Notes under the pieces: model-generated
What the model was told of the DNA's origin: nothing
What the model saw: only the letters and a program-made list of their open reading frames with translations
The model's database searches: none
Made by a program: the position numbers and the translations under genes
NCBI GenBank assembly: GCA_963761335.1
Contig: CAVXGR010000015.1
Span: 96,001-160,000, forward strand
Direction of reading: 5' to 3'
Source of the DNA: an uncultured delta proteobacterium
GTDB taxonomy: Bacteria > Desulfobacterota > Binatia > HRBIN30 > BPIQ01
DNA length: 64,000 nt
Shown: positions 18,534 to 28,987 of the stretch, piece after piece
How the letters are laid out: every line of letters starts with the position of its first letter
How positions within the stretch are numbered: the stretch's first letter is position 1

Positions 18534-20849
18534 ATGGCAAAGAATCTGGTGATCGTCGAGTCGCCGGCAAAGGCGAAGACGCTGCAGAAATACCTGGGGC
18601 GGGACTATCAGGTGAAAGCTTCGGTGGGTCACATCCTGGATCTGCCGAAGAGCAAGCTGGGGGTGGAGATCGAGAACGACTTCCGACCCGAGTACACAGT
18701 GATCCACGGCAAGAAGAAGATCATCGACGAGCTCCGCGAGGCGGCGAAAGGCAAGGAGAACATCTTTCTGGCGCCCGATCCGGATCGCGAGGGCGAGGCC
18801 ATCGCCTGGCACATCGCCGAGAAGATCGGCGGCCGCGGCAAGGGCAAGAAAAGCAACATCCACCGCGTGCTGTTCAATGAGATCACCAAGAACGCGGTGC
18901 AGAAAGCGATCAAGGAGCCGCGCGAGCTCGACCGCGACCTGTACGAGGCGCAACAGACCCGCCGTATTCTCGACCGCCTGGTCGGCTACCAGATCTCGCC
19001 GCTGCTGTGGAAGAAGGTGCGCCGCGGGCTCTCCGCCGGACGGGTGCAGTCGGTGGCGGTTCGCCTCATCTGTGAACGGGAGAACGAGATCCGCGCCTTT
19101 CAGCCGGTCGAGTACTGGTCGATCACGGCGCGGCTCGAGGGGCAGAACCCGCCGCCCTTCGAGGCTCGCCTGCTGCGCATCGGCGACCAGCGCCTCGACC
19201 CGGAGAAGTTCCGCGTCGAGAACGAGGCCGCGGCCGCCGAGCTGGTGTCGCGGCTGCGCTCCGAGCCGTGGACGGTCACCAAGATCGAGCGCAAGGAGCG
19301 GCGGCGCAACCCGGCGCCGCCGTTCATCACCTCGCGCCTGCAGCAGGAGGCGTCGCGCAAGCTCGGCTTCTCGCCGAGCCGCACCATGCGCGCCGCCCAG
19401 CACCTGTACGAGGGGATCGAGCTCGGCTCCGAGGGTGCGGTCGGATTGATCACCTACATGCGCACCGATTCGACGCGCGTTTCCCCGGAGGCGATCGGCG
19501 CGGTGCGCGGTCTGATCGGCGAGCGCTACGGAAAGGAGTATCTGCCGGAGAATCCGGTGACCTACTCCACCAAGAAAGGGGCGCAGGACGCCCACGAGGC
19601 CATCCGGCCGACCTCGATGGAGTACCCGCCCGAGCGGCTCTCCGGCTCTCTCGGCAAGGACGAGATGGCGCTCTACAATCTCGTCTGGAACCGCTTCGTC
19701 GCCAGCCAGATGATGCCCGCCGTATTCGATCACACCGCCGTGGACATCGAGGCCGACGGGACGACGTTTCGCGCCACCGGTCAGGTGATGAAGTTCGACG
19801 GCTTCATCCGCGTGTACACCGAAGGTCGCGACGACGAGAAGAAGGGGGAGGACGACGAGGAGAACGAGGCGGAGCGCCGACTGCCGCTGCTGCAGGAGGG
19901 CGAGAAGCTGCGCCTCCACGAGCTGCTTCCGGAGCAGCACTTCACGCAGCCGCCGCCGCGCTTCACCCAGGCGGCGCTGATCAAGGAGCTCGAGGAGAAG
20001 GGCATCGGTCGGCCGTCGACCTACGCCAGCATCGTCTCCACCATTCTCAACAAGGAGTATGTCAGTGAGGACAAGCAGCGGCGCCTGCGCCCGACCGAGC
20101 TCGGCTTCTTGGTGACCGAGCTGCTGGTCGACGCCTTTCCCGACGTGCTCAACGTCGAGTTCACCGCCGGCATGGAGAGCACTCTCGACGAGATCGAGGA
20201 GGGACGGCAGAAGTGGGTCGAGGCGATGCGGCGCTTCTACGAGCCGTTCTCGCGCGACCTGGCCTCGGCGGACGAACGCATGCGCAACGTCAAGGCCGAG
20301 GGCCAGCCGACGGAGATCGCCTGTGCGCAGTGCGGCTCGAAGATGGTGATCAAGTGGGGCCGCTCCGGTGAGTTCCTCGCCTGCCCGCGCTACCCGGAGT
20401 GCAAGAACACCAGCAACTTCGTGCGCGACGAGGAGGGCAACCTCAAGGTTGCCGAGGAGGAGGTCACCAACGAGGTGTGCGAGAACTGCGGCCGGCCGAT
20501 GCAGGTGCGCTTCGGGCGCTACGGCAAGTTTCTCGGCTGCTCGGGTTATCCGGAATGCAAGACGGTGCGCTCGCTGACGCGGCCGGTGCCGACCGGGGTG
20601 GCCTGCCCGGAGTGCAAGCAGGGTGAGGTCATGGAGAAGCGCTCGCGCCGCGGCAAGGTGTTCTACAGCTGCAATCGCTTTCCCAACTGCCGCTTTGCCA
20701 CCTGGGACCGGCCGATTCCCGAGGCCTGTCCGCAGTGCAGCGCGCCGTTCCTGGTCGAGAAGACCACCAAGCGCGCCGGCACCGTGCGGCGTTGCCTGAG
20801 TGAGGGCTGCGACTACCAGGAAACGGTTGCCGAGGCGGAGGCGGTGTGA
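18534..20849 (+). CDS. topA: Type I DNA topoisomerase
   Basis: [45 protein letters not shown]-terminal Zn ribbons. Confidence 0.98.
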   Translation: MAKNLVIVESPAKAKTLQKYLGRDYQVKASVGHILDLPKSKLGVEIENDFRPEYTVIHGKKKIIDELREAAKGKENIFLAPDPDREGEAIAWHIAEKIGGRGKGKKSNIHRVLFNEITKNAVQKAIKEPRELDRDLYEAQQTRRILDRLVGYQISPLLWKKVRRGLSAGRVQSVAVRLICERENEIRAFQPVEYWSITARLEGQNPPPFEARLLRIGDQRLDPEKFRVENEAAAAELVSRLRSEPWTVTKIERKERRRNPAPPFITSRLQQEASRKLGFSPSRTMRAAQHLYEGIELGSEGAVGLITYMRTDSTRVSPEAIGAVRGLIGERYGKEYLPENPVTYSTKKGAQDAHEAIRPTSMEYPPERLSGSLGKDEMALYNLVWNRFVASQMMPAVFDHTAVDIEADGTTFRATGQVMKFDGFIRVYTEGRDDEKKGEDDEENEAERRLPLLQEGEKLRLHELLPEQHFTQPPPRFTQAALIKELEEKGIGRPSTYASIVSTILNKEYVSEDKQRRLRPTELGFLVTELLVDAFPDVLNVEFTAGMESTLDEIEEGRQKWVEAMRRFYEPFSRDLASADERMRNVKAEGQPTEIACAQCGSKMVIKWGRSGEFLACPRYPECKNTSNFVRDEEGNLKVAEEEVTNEVCENCGRPMQVRFGRYGKFLGCSGYPECKTVRSLTRPVPTGVACPECKQGEVMEKRSRRGKVFYSCNRFPNCRFATWDRPIPEACPQCSAPFLVEKTTKRAGTVRRCLSEGCDYQETVAEAEAV

Positions 20850-22180
20850 GCGCGGTCACCGTCATCGGCGGCGGCCTGGCGGGATGCGAGGCCGCCTGGC
20901 AGCTGTCGCGGCGGGGCGTGGCGGTGCGCCTCTACGAAATGCGGCCGCAGTGTCCGACGGCGGCGCACCGCAGCGACAAGCTCGCCGAGCTGGTGTGCTC
21001 GAATTCCTTCCGCAGTGATTCGCTGGAGGCGGCGGTCGGCGTGCTCAAGGTCGAGATGCGTCGTCTCGGCTCGCTGATCATGCAGGTGTCGGAGAGCTGT
21101 CGGGTGCCGGCGGGCTCGGCGCTGGCGGTGGATCGCGACCTGTTCGCCGCCGGGGTCACCGAGGCGATCGCCGCTGCCCCCGGGGTGCAGGTCGTCCGCG
21201 AGGAGCTGCCGCGGATTCCCGACGGGCCCTGCATCATCGCCACCGGCCCGCTCACCTCGCCGGCCCTGTCGGCGCATCTGCAGCAGTTGCTGGGGGAGGA
21301 GTATCTCTACTTCTACGACGCCATCGCCCCCATCGTCACCGCGGAGTCGATCGATCCCGAGATCACCTTCCGCGCCTCCCGCTACGACAAGGGCGGCGAC
21401 GACTACATCAACTGCCCGATGAGTCGCGATCAGTACTACGCCTTCGTCGATGCCCTGCTGGCGGCGGAGAAGGTGCCGACGCGCGAGTTCGAGCGCTGTG
21501 TGTACTTCGAGGGCTGCATGCCGATCGAGGAGATGGCGCGCCGCGGCCGCGATTCGCTCGCCTTCGGGCCGATGCGTCCGGTGGGCCTGGTCGACTCGCG
21601 CCGGCCGGAGCGCCCGTTTGCGGTGGTGCAGCTGCGCCAGGACGACTGCAACGCCACCCTCTACAACATGGTCGGCTTCCAGACGAAGATGAAGTACCCC
21701 GAGCAGCGGCGCGTCTTCCGCATGATTCCCGGCCTGGAGAAGGCCGAGTTCGTCCGCCTCGGCAGCCTGCACCGCAACACCTTCATCAACTCGCCCCAGG
21801 CGCTGCTGCCGACGCTGCAGCTGATCGGACGTCCCGATACCTTTCTCGCCGGGCAGCTGATCGGCGTCGAGGGATATGTCGAGTCGGCCGCCGCCGGCAT
21901 GCTGGCGGGCATCAACGCCGCCCGCCGCCTGCGTGGCCAGCCTTTGCTGGTGCCGCCGGCGACCACGGCCACGGGCTCCTTGCTCGCCTACGTCACCGAC
22001 CGCGGCCGGCGGGATTTCCAGCCGATGAACGCCAACTACGGGCTCTTCCCGCCCATCGCCGGCCGCGAACGCGGCCGCGAGAAGCGCCGCCGGCTCGCCG
22101 AGCGCGCCGTCGGCGATTTCGACGCCTGGGCGGCGGACCATTCTCTGGCGCCGCTGGCGTCGGCCTCGGCCGCGGGTTGA
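20846..22180 (+). CDS. trmFO: tRNA (uracil-54) methyltransferase TrmFO
   Basis: [56 protein letters not shown]. Confidence 0.97.
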   Translation: MSAVTVIGGGLAGCEAAWQLSRRGVAVRLYEMRPQCPTAAHRSDKLAELVCSNSFRSDSLEAAVGVLKVEMRRLGSLIMQVSESCRVPAGSALAVDRDLFAAGVTEAIAAAPGVQVVREELPRIPDGPCIIATGPLTSPALSAHLQQLLGEEYLYFYDAIAPIVTAESIDPEITFRASRYDKGGDDYINCPMSRDQYYAFVDALLAAEKVPTREFERCVYFEGCMPIEEMARRGRDSLAFGPMRPVGLVDSRRPERPFAVVQLRQDDCNATLYNMVGFQTKMKYPEQRRVFRMIPGLEKAEFVRLGSLHRNTFINSPQALLPTLQLIGRPDTFLAGQLIGVEGYVESAAAGMLAGINAARRLRGQPLLVPPATTATGSLLAYVTDRGRRDFQPMNANYGLFPPIAGRERGREKRRRLAERAVGDFDAWAADHSLAPLASASAAG

Positions 22181-22238
22181 CGCCGGCGTCGCTTTGCGCC
22201 ACACGGGGCGCTCTGGGCAGAAGGGAGCGCGGCGAACC

Positions 22239-23156
22239 GTGGAGAAGAGCGAGCAGATCTGGCTGGACGGCCGCTTCGTGCCGTGGGCCGAGGCGCAGGT
22301 GCACGTCCTCACCCACACGCTGCACTACGGCCTCGGCGTCTTCGAGGGCATCCGCTGCTACGAGGGGCACGACGGCAAGCCGGGAATTTTTCGTCTCGCC
22401 GAGCACGTGGAGCGCTTCTTCGCCTCGGCGCACATCCTCGGCATGAAGCTCCCCTGCGGGCGCGAGGAGCTGCTGCAGGCCTGCATCGACACGGTGCGCG
22501 TCAACCGCCTCAAGTCGTGCTACATCCGCCCGCTGGGCTTCATGTCCGACGGCGAGATGGGTCTGGCCGCCGACAACCCGGTGCGCGTCGCGGTGGCCGC
22601 GTGGCCCTGGGGCGCCTATCTCGGCGACGACGGCGTGGCCCGCGGGATCCGCCTCAAGACCTCGTCTTTTCAGCGCTTTCACCCAAACACCTTTATGACC
22701 AAGGCAAAGGTGGTGGGCCATTACGTGAACTCGATCCTGGCGAGCCGGGAGGTGCGGGCCGAAGGCTACGACGAGGCCCTGCTGCTCGATACCGAAGGGT
22801 ATGTCGCCGAAGGTAGCGGCGAGAACATCTTCGTGGTCCGCGGCGGTGCCGTGAAGACCCCGGCGCTCACCTCGGCGCTGCCGGGCATCACCCGCGACAC
22901 CGCCATCGTCCTCTTGGCGGAGATCGGCCTGCCGCTGCGGGAGGCGCCGGTCACCCGCGACGAGATGTACATCGCCGACGAGGTGTTCATGACCGGCACC
23001 GCCGCCGAGATCACCCCCATCCGCGAGTACGACGACCGCCTGATCGGCCCGGGCCGTCCCGGGCCGGTGACCCAACGCCTCCAGACCCTCTACCGCGAGG
23101 CCACCAGCCGCCGCTGGGGGGCGGAGCGCGGTTGGGTCACCCCCGTGCCCGAGTAG
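22239..23156 (+). CDS. ilvE: Branched-chain amino acid aminotransferase
   Basis: HTLHYGLGVFEGIR, YIRP, AKVVGHYVNS, EGSGEN, LPGITR, GTAAEITP. Confidence 0.95.
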   Translation: MEKSEQIWLDGRFVPWAEAQVHVLTHTLHYGLGVFEGIRCYEGHDGKPGIFRLAEHVERFFASAHILGMKLPCGREELLQACIDTVRVNRLKSCYIRPLGFMSDGEMGLAADNPVRVAVAAWPWGAYLGDDGVARGIRLKTSSFQRFHPNTFMTKAKVVGHYVNSILASREVRAEGYDEALLLDTEGYVAEGSGENIFVVRGGAVKTPALTSALPGITRDTAIVLLAEIGLPLREAPVTRDEMYIADEVFMTGTAAEITPIREYDDRLIGPGRPGPVTQRLQTLYREATSRRWGAERGWVTPVPE

Positions 23157-23191
23157 CGAGACATTCAATTTTCTCCTGTGTTGCCTTTTAC

Positions 23192-23220
23192 TTGACAGCC
23201 GCCGGTCGCCAAACTATAAG
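23192..23220 (+). promoter_or_regulatory. Sigma70-type promoter of paralogue pair 1
   Basis: TTGACA-17 nt-TATAAG with an AT-rich upstream tract. Confidence 0.75.
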
Positions 23221-23318
23221 GCGTCCCTCGGTGTTTCGGCCGGGCCGGCGAGGGTTTTCAGAGGAGACACCTGGGAGTGCGGGGAGTTAGCGGTTCCCCG
23301 GCGGAAGGAGACTCGGGA

Positions 23319-24545
23319 ATGGGATGGACGCGCGGACACTTCATGCGCCTTGGGCTTGTGGGGCTCGCCGCCAGCTGGCTCCTCGCGGCATCGGCTGGTG
23401 CTGTGGTCACCACCGAGCGCACGGCCTCGATCCTGATCTTCCCCAAGATCCTCTCCAACGGTACCTACGACACCATCGTGCAGATGACCAATCGGTCGAA
23501 TAACGTCGTCTACGCGCACTGCTTCTACGTCGATGCCTCACTGACCGACCCCTCGCAGCCCGAAAGCCCGCTCAACACCCGGCAGTGGCAGGAAGTCGAT
23601 TTCGACATCGTGCTGACCAAGCAGCAGCCGACCCACTGGGTGGTTTCTTTGGGCCGCGCCACCAATCCCTTCGATTCATCGTGCACCCGCCAGGGCGTCT
23701 GCATCGGCGGCACTGCTCCGGCGGACACCGCCTGCGGAACCGGGCTGCCGGCCTGCCCCGGTGCCGGCGGCCGCTGCTCGAACACCGACTGCAGCGATGC
23801 CGGCTTCGATCCGGGCCGCATCCCGCCGGTCTCTCCTGGGTTCGAGGGTGAGCTCAAGTGCATCGAGGTCGATCAGTCGGGAGCGCCCCTCAACGGCAAC
23901 AACCTGAAGGGCGAGGCGACGCTGCTATCGGTGGCCGAGGTTCCGGGTAAGTCGAAGATCGGAGATGCGAGCAAGTACAACGCCATCGGCGTGGTCGGGC
24001 TGAACGACAATGACGGCGACACGGTGCTCTGCCTGGGGGGCGGGGCCAGCAGCAGCTGTCCCTTCGGCGCCGAGTACGACGGATGCCCAAACGAGGTACG
24101 CTTCAACCACTTCGCCGAGGGGGCAACCGATCCGGTGGTCGAGGCCTTCGGCAACGGCGACCCGAACAATGCGCCGTCGAGCGTCTACACCGAGCTCACC
24201 ATCGTTCCCTGCACCGAGGACTTCGAGCAGCAGCGCCCGACCACGGTGCGCATCAACATCAACAGCTACAACGAGTTCGAGAGCGTCTTCTCCTCCAGTA
24301 CCCAGGTCGATTGTTGGGGCAACTTCACGCTCGAGTCGATCCGCCCGGTGTTTGACGTCGGCCCCATCGGCACTCGTTTCGTGCAGACGATCCTGCGACC
24401 GGCCCCCGGAGACTCGGGCTTCGTCGGCGTGATGGAGGAGTTCCACACCCAGGAAGGCGCCGGAACCGCGCGCGACGCGATGAACTTGCACGTCATCGGC
24501 GAGCGCACCGTCTCCGACCTGATCTCCATTCCGGAGGGGCCGTGA
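23319..24545 (+). CDS. Secreted Cys-rich protein of unknown family, type A, copy 1
   Basis: AAGGAG RBS, signal peptide, family motifs SILIFPK, HCFY, QQPTHW, GELKC, KYNAIG, VPC, NEFE. Confidence 0.88.
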   Translation: MGWTRGHFMRLGLVGLAASWLLAASAGAVVTTERTASILIFPKILSNGTYDTIVQMTNRSNNVVYAHCFYVDASLTDPSQPESPLNTRQWQEVDFDIVLTKQQPTHWVVSLGRATNPFDSSCTRQGVCIGGTAPADTACGTGLPACPGAGGRCSNTDCSDAGFDPGRIPPVSPGFEGELKCIEVDQSGAPLNGNNLKGEATLLSVAEVPGKSKIGDASKYNAIGVVGLNDNDGDTVLCLGGGASSSCPFGAEYDGCPNEVRFNHFAEGATDPVVEAFGNGDPNNAPSSVYTELTIVPCTEDFEQQRPTTVRININSYNEFESVFSSSTQVDCWGNFTLESIRPVFDVGPIGTRFVQTILRPAPGDSGFVGVMEEFHTQEGAGTARDAMNLHVIGERTVSDLISIPEGP

Positions 24546-24580
24546 GCACGCTGGGTCTGGGGAAGGGAAAGGAGAAGTCC

Positions 24581-25810
24581 ATGCGGGGCTGGCACGGCAT
24601 CTGGTCGACCCTTTCGCTGTCGCTGGCGGCACTGGCGGTTCTCGCGGGCGCGGCGGTGGTCCGAGCCGACGTGCAGTCGGATCAGCCGGCGGCGATTCTG
24701 GTCTTTCCGAAGCTGCTCGTCGACGTCAGCAGCGACGGCGTCACCCCGGCGCGCGTCGACACGCTGGTGCGCATCACCAACGCCTCGAACACTCCGGTGA
24801 CTCTGCAGTGCTTCTACGTGAACGCCACGCCGAGCTGCACCACCGGCCCAGGCAATTGCATCACCAGCCAGCGCTTCGGACCGATCACCTGCAGCGGCGG
24901 CATCACCGCCTGCAAGCCGCAGTGGCAGGAGACTGATTTCCACGTCGTTCTCACCGAGAACCAGCCGGTTGCCTGGCTGGTCTCCAACGGCGCCGTGGAC
25001 TGCCAGTCGACGCCCAACGGCAAAAACATCGATCCCGACGACAACGATCCGTGCTTCCCGCTCGACGGCATCTTCCGCACCGGGCCGCACGGCAACAACA
25101 ACGGCAACAGCCGCATTCCGCCGGTGAGCGAGCTACCCTTCATCGGCGAGCTCAAGTGCATCACCGTCGACGACGTCTCCAATGATCAGCCGGTGGCGCG
25201 CAACGACGTGTTCGGCTCGGTGCAGATCATCGAGTCGACGCCCGAGGGGAAGATCGACATCTCGGGATACAACGCCATCGGCATTCAGGCACTGCCCGAC
25301 AACGACGGCAACAAGACACTCGTCCTCGGGCGTCCGGGCACCCCGGGCGTCGAGTACAACGGCTGCCCGAACATTCTCATCCTCGACCACTTCTTCGATC
25401 TGGCGACCGATCCGGTGACCCTCGAGCCGGTCACCACCGACCTCACCCTGGTGCCCTGCTCGGAGGACTTTCTGCGGCAGACACAGGAGACGATCACGGC
25501 GCAGTTCATCGTGTTCAACGAGTTCGAGCAGCGCCTGTCGACGAGTATCCCGGTGACCTGCTTTCGCGAGGTGCAGCTGTCGAACATCGACACGCTGGTG
25601 AACAACCGCTCGATCTTCAGCGCGCCGGTCATGGGGACGCTGACGGGACAGACGCGCATCCGCGGTGTCGCCGACGACCGCACGGATATCGGTCGCGCCC
25701 TGCTGGGAGTGGCCGAAGAGTATCGACCCAGTGGCACGGCGGCATTCAACATTCACGAGCAGGGCGTGCGTGAGCAGAACGATTTTATATACCTGCCGGG
25801 CCTGCAATAG
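24581..25810 (+). CDS. Secreted Cys-rich protein of unknown family, type B, copy 1
   Basis: AAAGGAG RBS, signal peptide ending VRA-D, motifs AAILVFPK, QCFY, GELKC, DHFFD, NEFEQR, GTLTGQTRIRG. Confidence 0.88.
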   Translation: MRGWHGIWSTLSLSLAALAVLAGAAVVRADVQSDQPAAILVFPKLLVDVSSDGVTPARVDTLVRITNASNTPVTLQCFYVNATPSCTTGPGNCITSQRFGPITCSGGITACKPQWQETDFHVVLTENQPVAWLVSNGAVDCQSTPNGKNIDPDDNDPCFPLDGIFRTGPHGNNNGNSRIPPVSELPFIGELKCITVDDVSNDQPVARNDVFGSVQIIESTPEGKIDISGYNAIGIQALPDNDGNKTLVLGRPGTPGVEYNGCPNILILDHFFDLATDPVTLEPVTTDLTLVPCSEDFLRQTQETITAQFIVFNEFEQRLSTSIPVTCFREVQLSNIDTLVNNRSIFSAPVMGTLTGQTRIRGVADDRTDIGRALLGVAEEYRPSGTAAFNIHEQGVREQNDFIYLPGLQ

Positions 25811-25827
25811 GCGAAACGCATTTCATC

Positions 25828-25857
25828 TTGACAGGTATGCGAATTAGCGGTTATAAG
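25828..25857 (+). promoter_or_regulatory. Sigma70-type promoter of paralogue pair 2
   Basis: TTGACA-18 nt-TATAAG. Confidence 0.7.
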
Positions 25858-25937
25858 GCCGCGACTTACGGTCACGGGAATCGTCCGCACCGCAAGCTCG
25901 TAGTCTGTTGGGACGGTGATCGAAAGGAGGAGGGCAA

Positions 25938-27122
25938 ATGCTGAGGCAGCATGGGCGAGTTGGGCTACTGGTGATTGTCGTGGCGAGCCTGGCGCTAGCC
26001 GGGGTGGCGACGGCCGACGTGAGCACGGAGCGGAGCGGTTCGATTCTGGTCTTTCCGAAGATCATTGCCAACGCCTCGCGCGACACCATCATCCAGATCA
26101 CGAACACGTCGAACTCGCTGGTGCGGGCCCACTGTTTCTACGTGAACGCCGCGCCATCCGACGTGCCGCCATTCGATCCGCTGTGGATCGAGGTGGACTT
26201 CAACATCACGCTCACCCGGCAGCAGCCGACCCACTGGGTGGTGAGCACCGGGCGGCGGGTGAACCCGTTCGACGCGGTGTGCGACTCGTCGGGGGTGACG
26301 AACTGCAACGACGCCGGCTTCGACCCGGGGCTGATCCCGCCGGTGGTGCCGGACTTCATCGGTGAGCTGAAGTGCGTCGAGGTGGACGACAGCGGCGCGC
26401 CGCTGTCGGGCAACCACCTGAAGGGTGAGGCGACGCTGGTGACCCGGGCCAACGGGGACGTGTCGAAGTACAACGCCATCGCCGTGCTCGGCAACGAGAA
26501 CAACGGCGACGGACTGCTGGTGCTCGGCGGCGGCCAGTGCGTGGGCGACGGTGGGGCGCAGGGAGCGGTGTGCAGCTCGGACGACGACTGCGGCGACGCG
26601 GCCCCGTGCGCACCGGAGTACAACGGCTGCCCGCAGACGTGGATATTGAACCACCTGGCGTCGGGAGCGCCGGATCCGGCGATCGAGAATCTGGGCGGCG
26701 GACCGTCGAGCGTGGAGACGGAGCTGACGGTGGTGCCGTGCACGCAGAACTACGAGACCCAGGAGCCCACCGAGGTGCGGCTGCAGATGCTGACCTACAA
26801 CGAGTTCGAGAACGTGTTCTCGTTCTCCTTTGCGGTGAAGTGCTGGGCGAACGTGGACCTGGGGAGCCTGGGATCGACGCCGCTGACCTTCCTGGGGCAG
26901 CTGGCGGGGCAGTCGCCGTCGAGCTTTCCGCTGGGGACGATGTTCCTGCAGACGCGCTTCCGCTCGGTGCCGAACACGCCGTACGGCGTGATGATGGTGG
27001 CCGAGGAGTTCCACACCGATGAGGCTGGACAGACGGCGTCGGCGGCGGTGAACCTGCACATCGAAGGGGAGCGCACGACTCCCGACGTCATCACCATCCC
27101 GGGTGAGCAGATCGCGCCGTGA
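25938..27122 (+). CDS. Secreted Cys-rich protein of unknown family, type A, copy 2
   Basis: AAAGGAGG RBS, signal peptide ending ATA-D, type-A motifs TERSGSILVFPK, AGFDPG, NHLKGEATL, EEFHT. Confidence 0.88.
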   Translation: MLRQHGRVGLLVIVVASLALAGVATADVSTERSGSILVFPKIIANASRDTIIQITNTSNSLVRAHCFYVNAAPSDVPPFDPLWIEVDFNITLTRQQPTHWVVSTGRRVNPFDAVCDSSGVTNCNDAGFDPGLIPPVVPDFIGELKCVEVDDSGAPLSGNHLKGEATLVTRANGDVSKYNAIAVLGNENNGDGLLVLGGGQCVGDGGAQGAVCSSDDDCGDAAPCAPEYNGCPQTWILNHLASGAPDPAIENLGGGPSSVETELTVVPCTQNYETQEPTEVRLQMLTYNEFENVFSFSFAVKCWANVDLGSLGSTPLTFLGQLAGQSPSSFPLGTMFLQTRFRSVPNTPYGVMMVAEEFHTDEAGQTASAAVNLHIEGERTTPDVITIPGEQIAP

Positions 27123-27163
27123 AGCGGACAAGACCTGGCTGGCGGACGAAAGGAGATAGGAAG

Positions 27164-28339
27164 ATGAGAACCCGGAAGTGGGCGGTGATGACTGCGATGC
27201 TGGGTACGGCCTTGGTGCTGCACTCGGTGACCCCCGCAACGGCGGATATCGCCTCCGACCGCGCTGCCGCGATCTTGGTGTTTCCCAAGATCGTGACCGA
27301 CACCTCGGAAGGCACGGACACGTTGATTCAGATCACCAACACCTCCAACGATCCCGCCCTTCTGCACTGCTTCTACATCAATGCGAACAATCACTGCACG
27401 ATCTCCGGCACCGTGTGCGATCTCGACGCCGGCATCGGCCGGCGATGCCCGTTGGCGGGCGATGTCTGCCTGCCGAGCTGGGTGGAGACGGACTTCCGCG
27501 TCCTGTTGACCATGCAGCAGCCCATTGCCTGGACCGCCTCCGAGGGCCTCGCCAACGGCGACGTCCCGATCGACGGCTTCTTCCGCGTCTCACCCTCCGG
27601 ACAGACCAACGTGGGCACGCGCGTGCCGCCGGTTCCGGCGGAAGCGTTGAGCACCGAGACAGACCCGGACCTCTCCTTCACTGGCGAGCTCAAGTGCATC
27701 GTCGTCGACGGCCAGGAACGAGCCATCCCCAGCAACGTCGTCAAGGGAGAGGCGACGATCGTGACCCGTCAGGGTGAGATCCTCCTGGACGCCGAGAAGT
27801 ACAACGCCGTCGGCATCCAGGCCATCGAGGGCGATTCCAACGGCGACAACATCCTTGAGCTCGGCGGCGACAGCAACGAGTACAACGGCTGCGCCAGCGT
27901 GCTGATCGTCGACCATTTCTTCGACTACGCCATCAACCCGGTGACCAGCACGCCGGTGTTCTCCGACCTGACGCTGGTGCCCTGCAATGAGGATCTCCTC
28001 AATCAGGTACCCGGCGGGGGCACGGCGCAGTACCTCGTCTACAACGAGTTCGAGCAGCGCTTTTCCACCAGTACTCCCATCCAGTGTTTCTACGAGACGC
28101 AAATGTCTCGAATCGACACGCGCAACACCACGCGGTCGATCTTCAGCGCCTTCGTCGCCGGGACGCTGACCGGACAGACGCGCATCCGCGGCGTCAATAC
28201 CGGCTTCATCGGCTTGCTGCGCGAGCGCACCGGCGCCGATTTCCGCGATGAGATCCCGCGCTATATGGGCCGCAGCGCCGCGGTGAATGTCGACATGCAG
28301 GGCGAGCGGCCCGTTTCGGATCAGATCGTCCTGCCCTAG
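27164..28339 (+). CDS. Secreted Cys-rich protein of unknown family, type B, copy 2
   Basis: AAAGGAG RBS, signal peptide ending ATA-D, type-B motifs DHFFD, NEFEQRFSTS, GTLTGQTRIRG. Confidence 0.88.
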   Translation: MRTRKWAVMTAMLGTALVLHSVTPATADIASDRAAAILVFPKIVTDTSEGTDTLIQITNTSNDPALLHCFYINANNHCTISGTVCDLDAGIGRRCPLAGDVCLPSWVETDFRVLLTMQQPIAWTASEGLANGDVPIDGFFRVSPSGQTNVGTRVPPVPAEALSTETDPDLSFTGELKCIVVDGQERAIPSNVVKGEATIVTRQGEILLDAEKYNAVGIQAIEGDSNGDNILELGGDSNEYNGCASVLIVDHFFDYAINPVTSTPVFSDLTLVPCNEDLLNQVPGGGTAQYLVYNEFEQRFSTSTPIQCFYETQMSRIDTRNTTRSIFSAFVAGTLTGQTRIRGVNTGFIGLLRERTGADFRDEIPRYMGRSAAVNVDMQGERPVSDQIVLP

Positions 28340-28376
28340 CGGCCCCGATCTGAGGGTCCGCAGCCTGCGGAATCGA

Positions 28377-28407
28377 GCGGGGAAGGGAAACCTTCCCCGC
28401 TTTTTTT
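28377..28407 (+). terminator. Rho-independent terminator after pair 2
   Basis: GCGGGGAAGG-GAAA-CCTTCCCCGC followed by T7. Confidence 0.9.
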
Positions 28408-28804
28408 ACCTCCCCAGGTCCAGGCGGATCACCACCGGCTTGCCGCGGCCGAGAGGCAGGCCGACCCAGGGTGCCAGCCGCGCCAGCCAGTACTTGCGGC
28501 GGAAGAGCGCCAGCAGGCGCCTGGCCTCGGCGGCATCCGTCACCGGAGCGGCCCGCCCGGAGAAGGGACGTCCCGCGATGTGGATGGTGACCTCGGGGCG
28601 GTGCAACAGATTGGCGTACCAGCCCTTCTCGGCTTTTGGGCCCGCCTGCACCACGACAGCGTCGCCCTCGGCAACGAACCAGATCTCGGCGCTGCGTTCC
28701 TTTCCGCTGCGCCGCCCGACGGTTTTCAGCTGCGCCGTTCGCGTGCCCCTCAGTGCGTGCAAGAGACCGCACCCATCTCCGTCACCAACGTCTCCGATGC
28801 TCAT
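28406..28804 (-). CDS. Deazaflavin (F420)-dependent oxidoreductase / Ddn-like split beta-barrel protein
   Basis: LKTVGRRSGKER and WYANLLHRPEVTI motifs. Confidence 0.8.
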   Translation of the reverse strand: MSIGDVGDGDGCGLLHALRGTRTAQLKTVGRRSGKERSAEIWFVAEGDAVVVQAGPKAEKGWYANLLHRPEVTIHIAGRPFSGRAAPVTDAAEARRLLALFRRKYWLARLAPWVGLPLGRGKPVVIRLDLGR

Positions 28805-28882
28805 TTCGAGGCCCCACTGTAGTCGCTGCGGAGATTCAGGCAAGGCCGGCGGGGGGATAAGGCAAAACCCCGCAACCGGCCG

Positions 28883-28911
28883 TTGCGGAAGGGGCGGGCA
28901 GCAGGTATAAC
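28883..28911 (+). promoter_or_regulatory. Sigma70-type promoter of paralogue pair 3
   Basis: TTGCGG-17 nt-TATAAC, at a position equivalent to the promoters of pairs 1 and 2. Confidence 0.55.
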
Positions 28912-28987
28912 CCCCCCGCCTAATCGCCAAGGGGTCGACTGGCGGCGCGCCGGACTCCCCGGGGCGGGGAGCGAAAGGAGGGTGGAA

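Noticed and set aside
17387..22180. dprA-topA-trmFO as a novel cluster
   Set aside because: This is a well-known conserved gene order.
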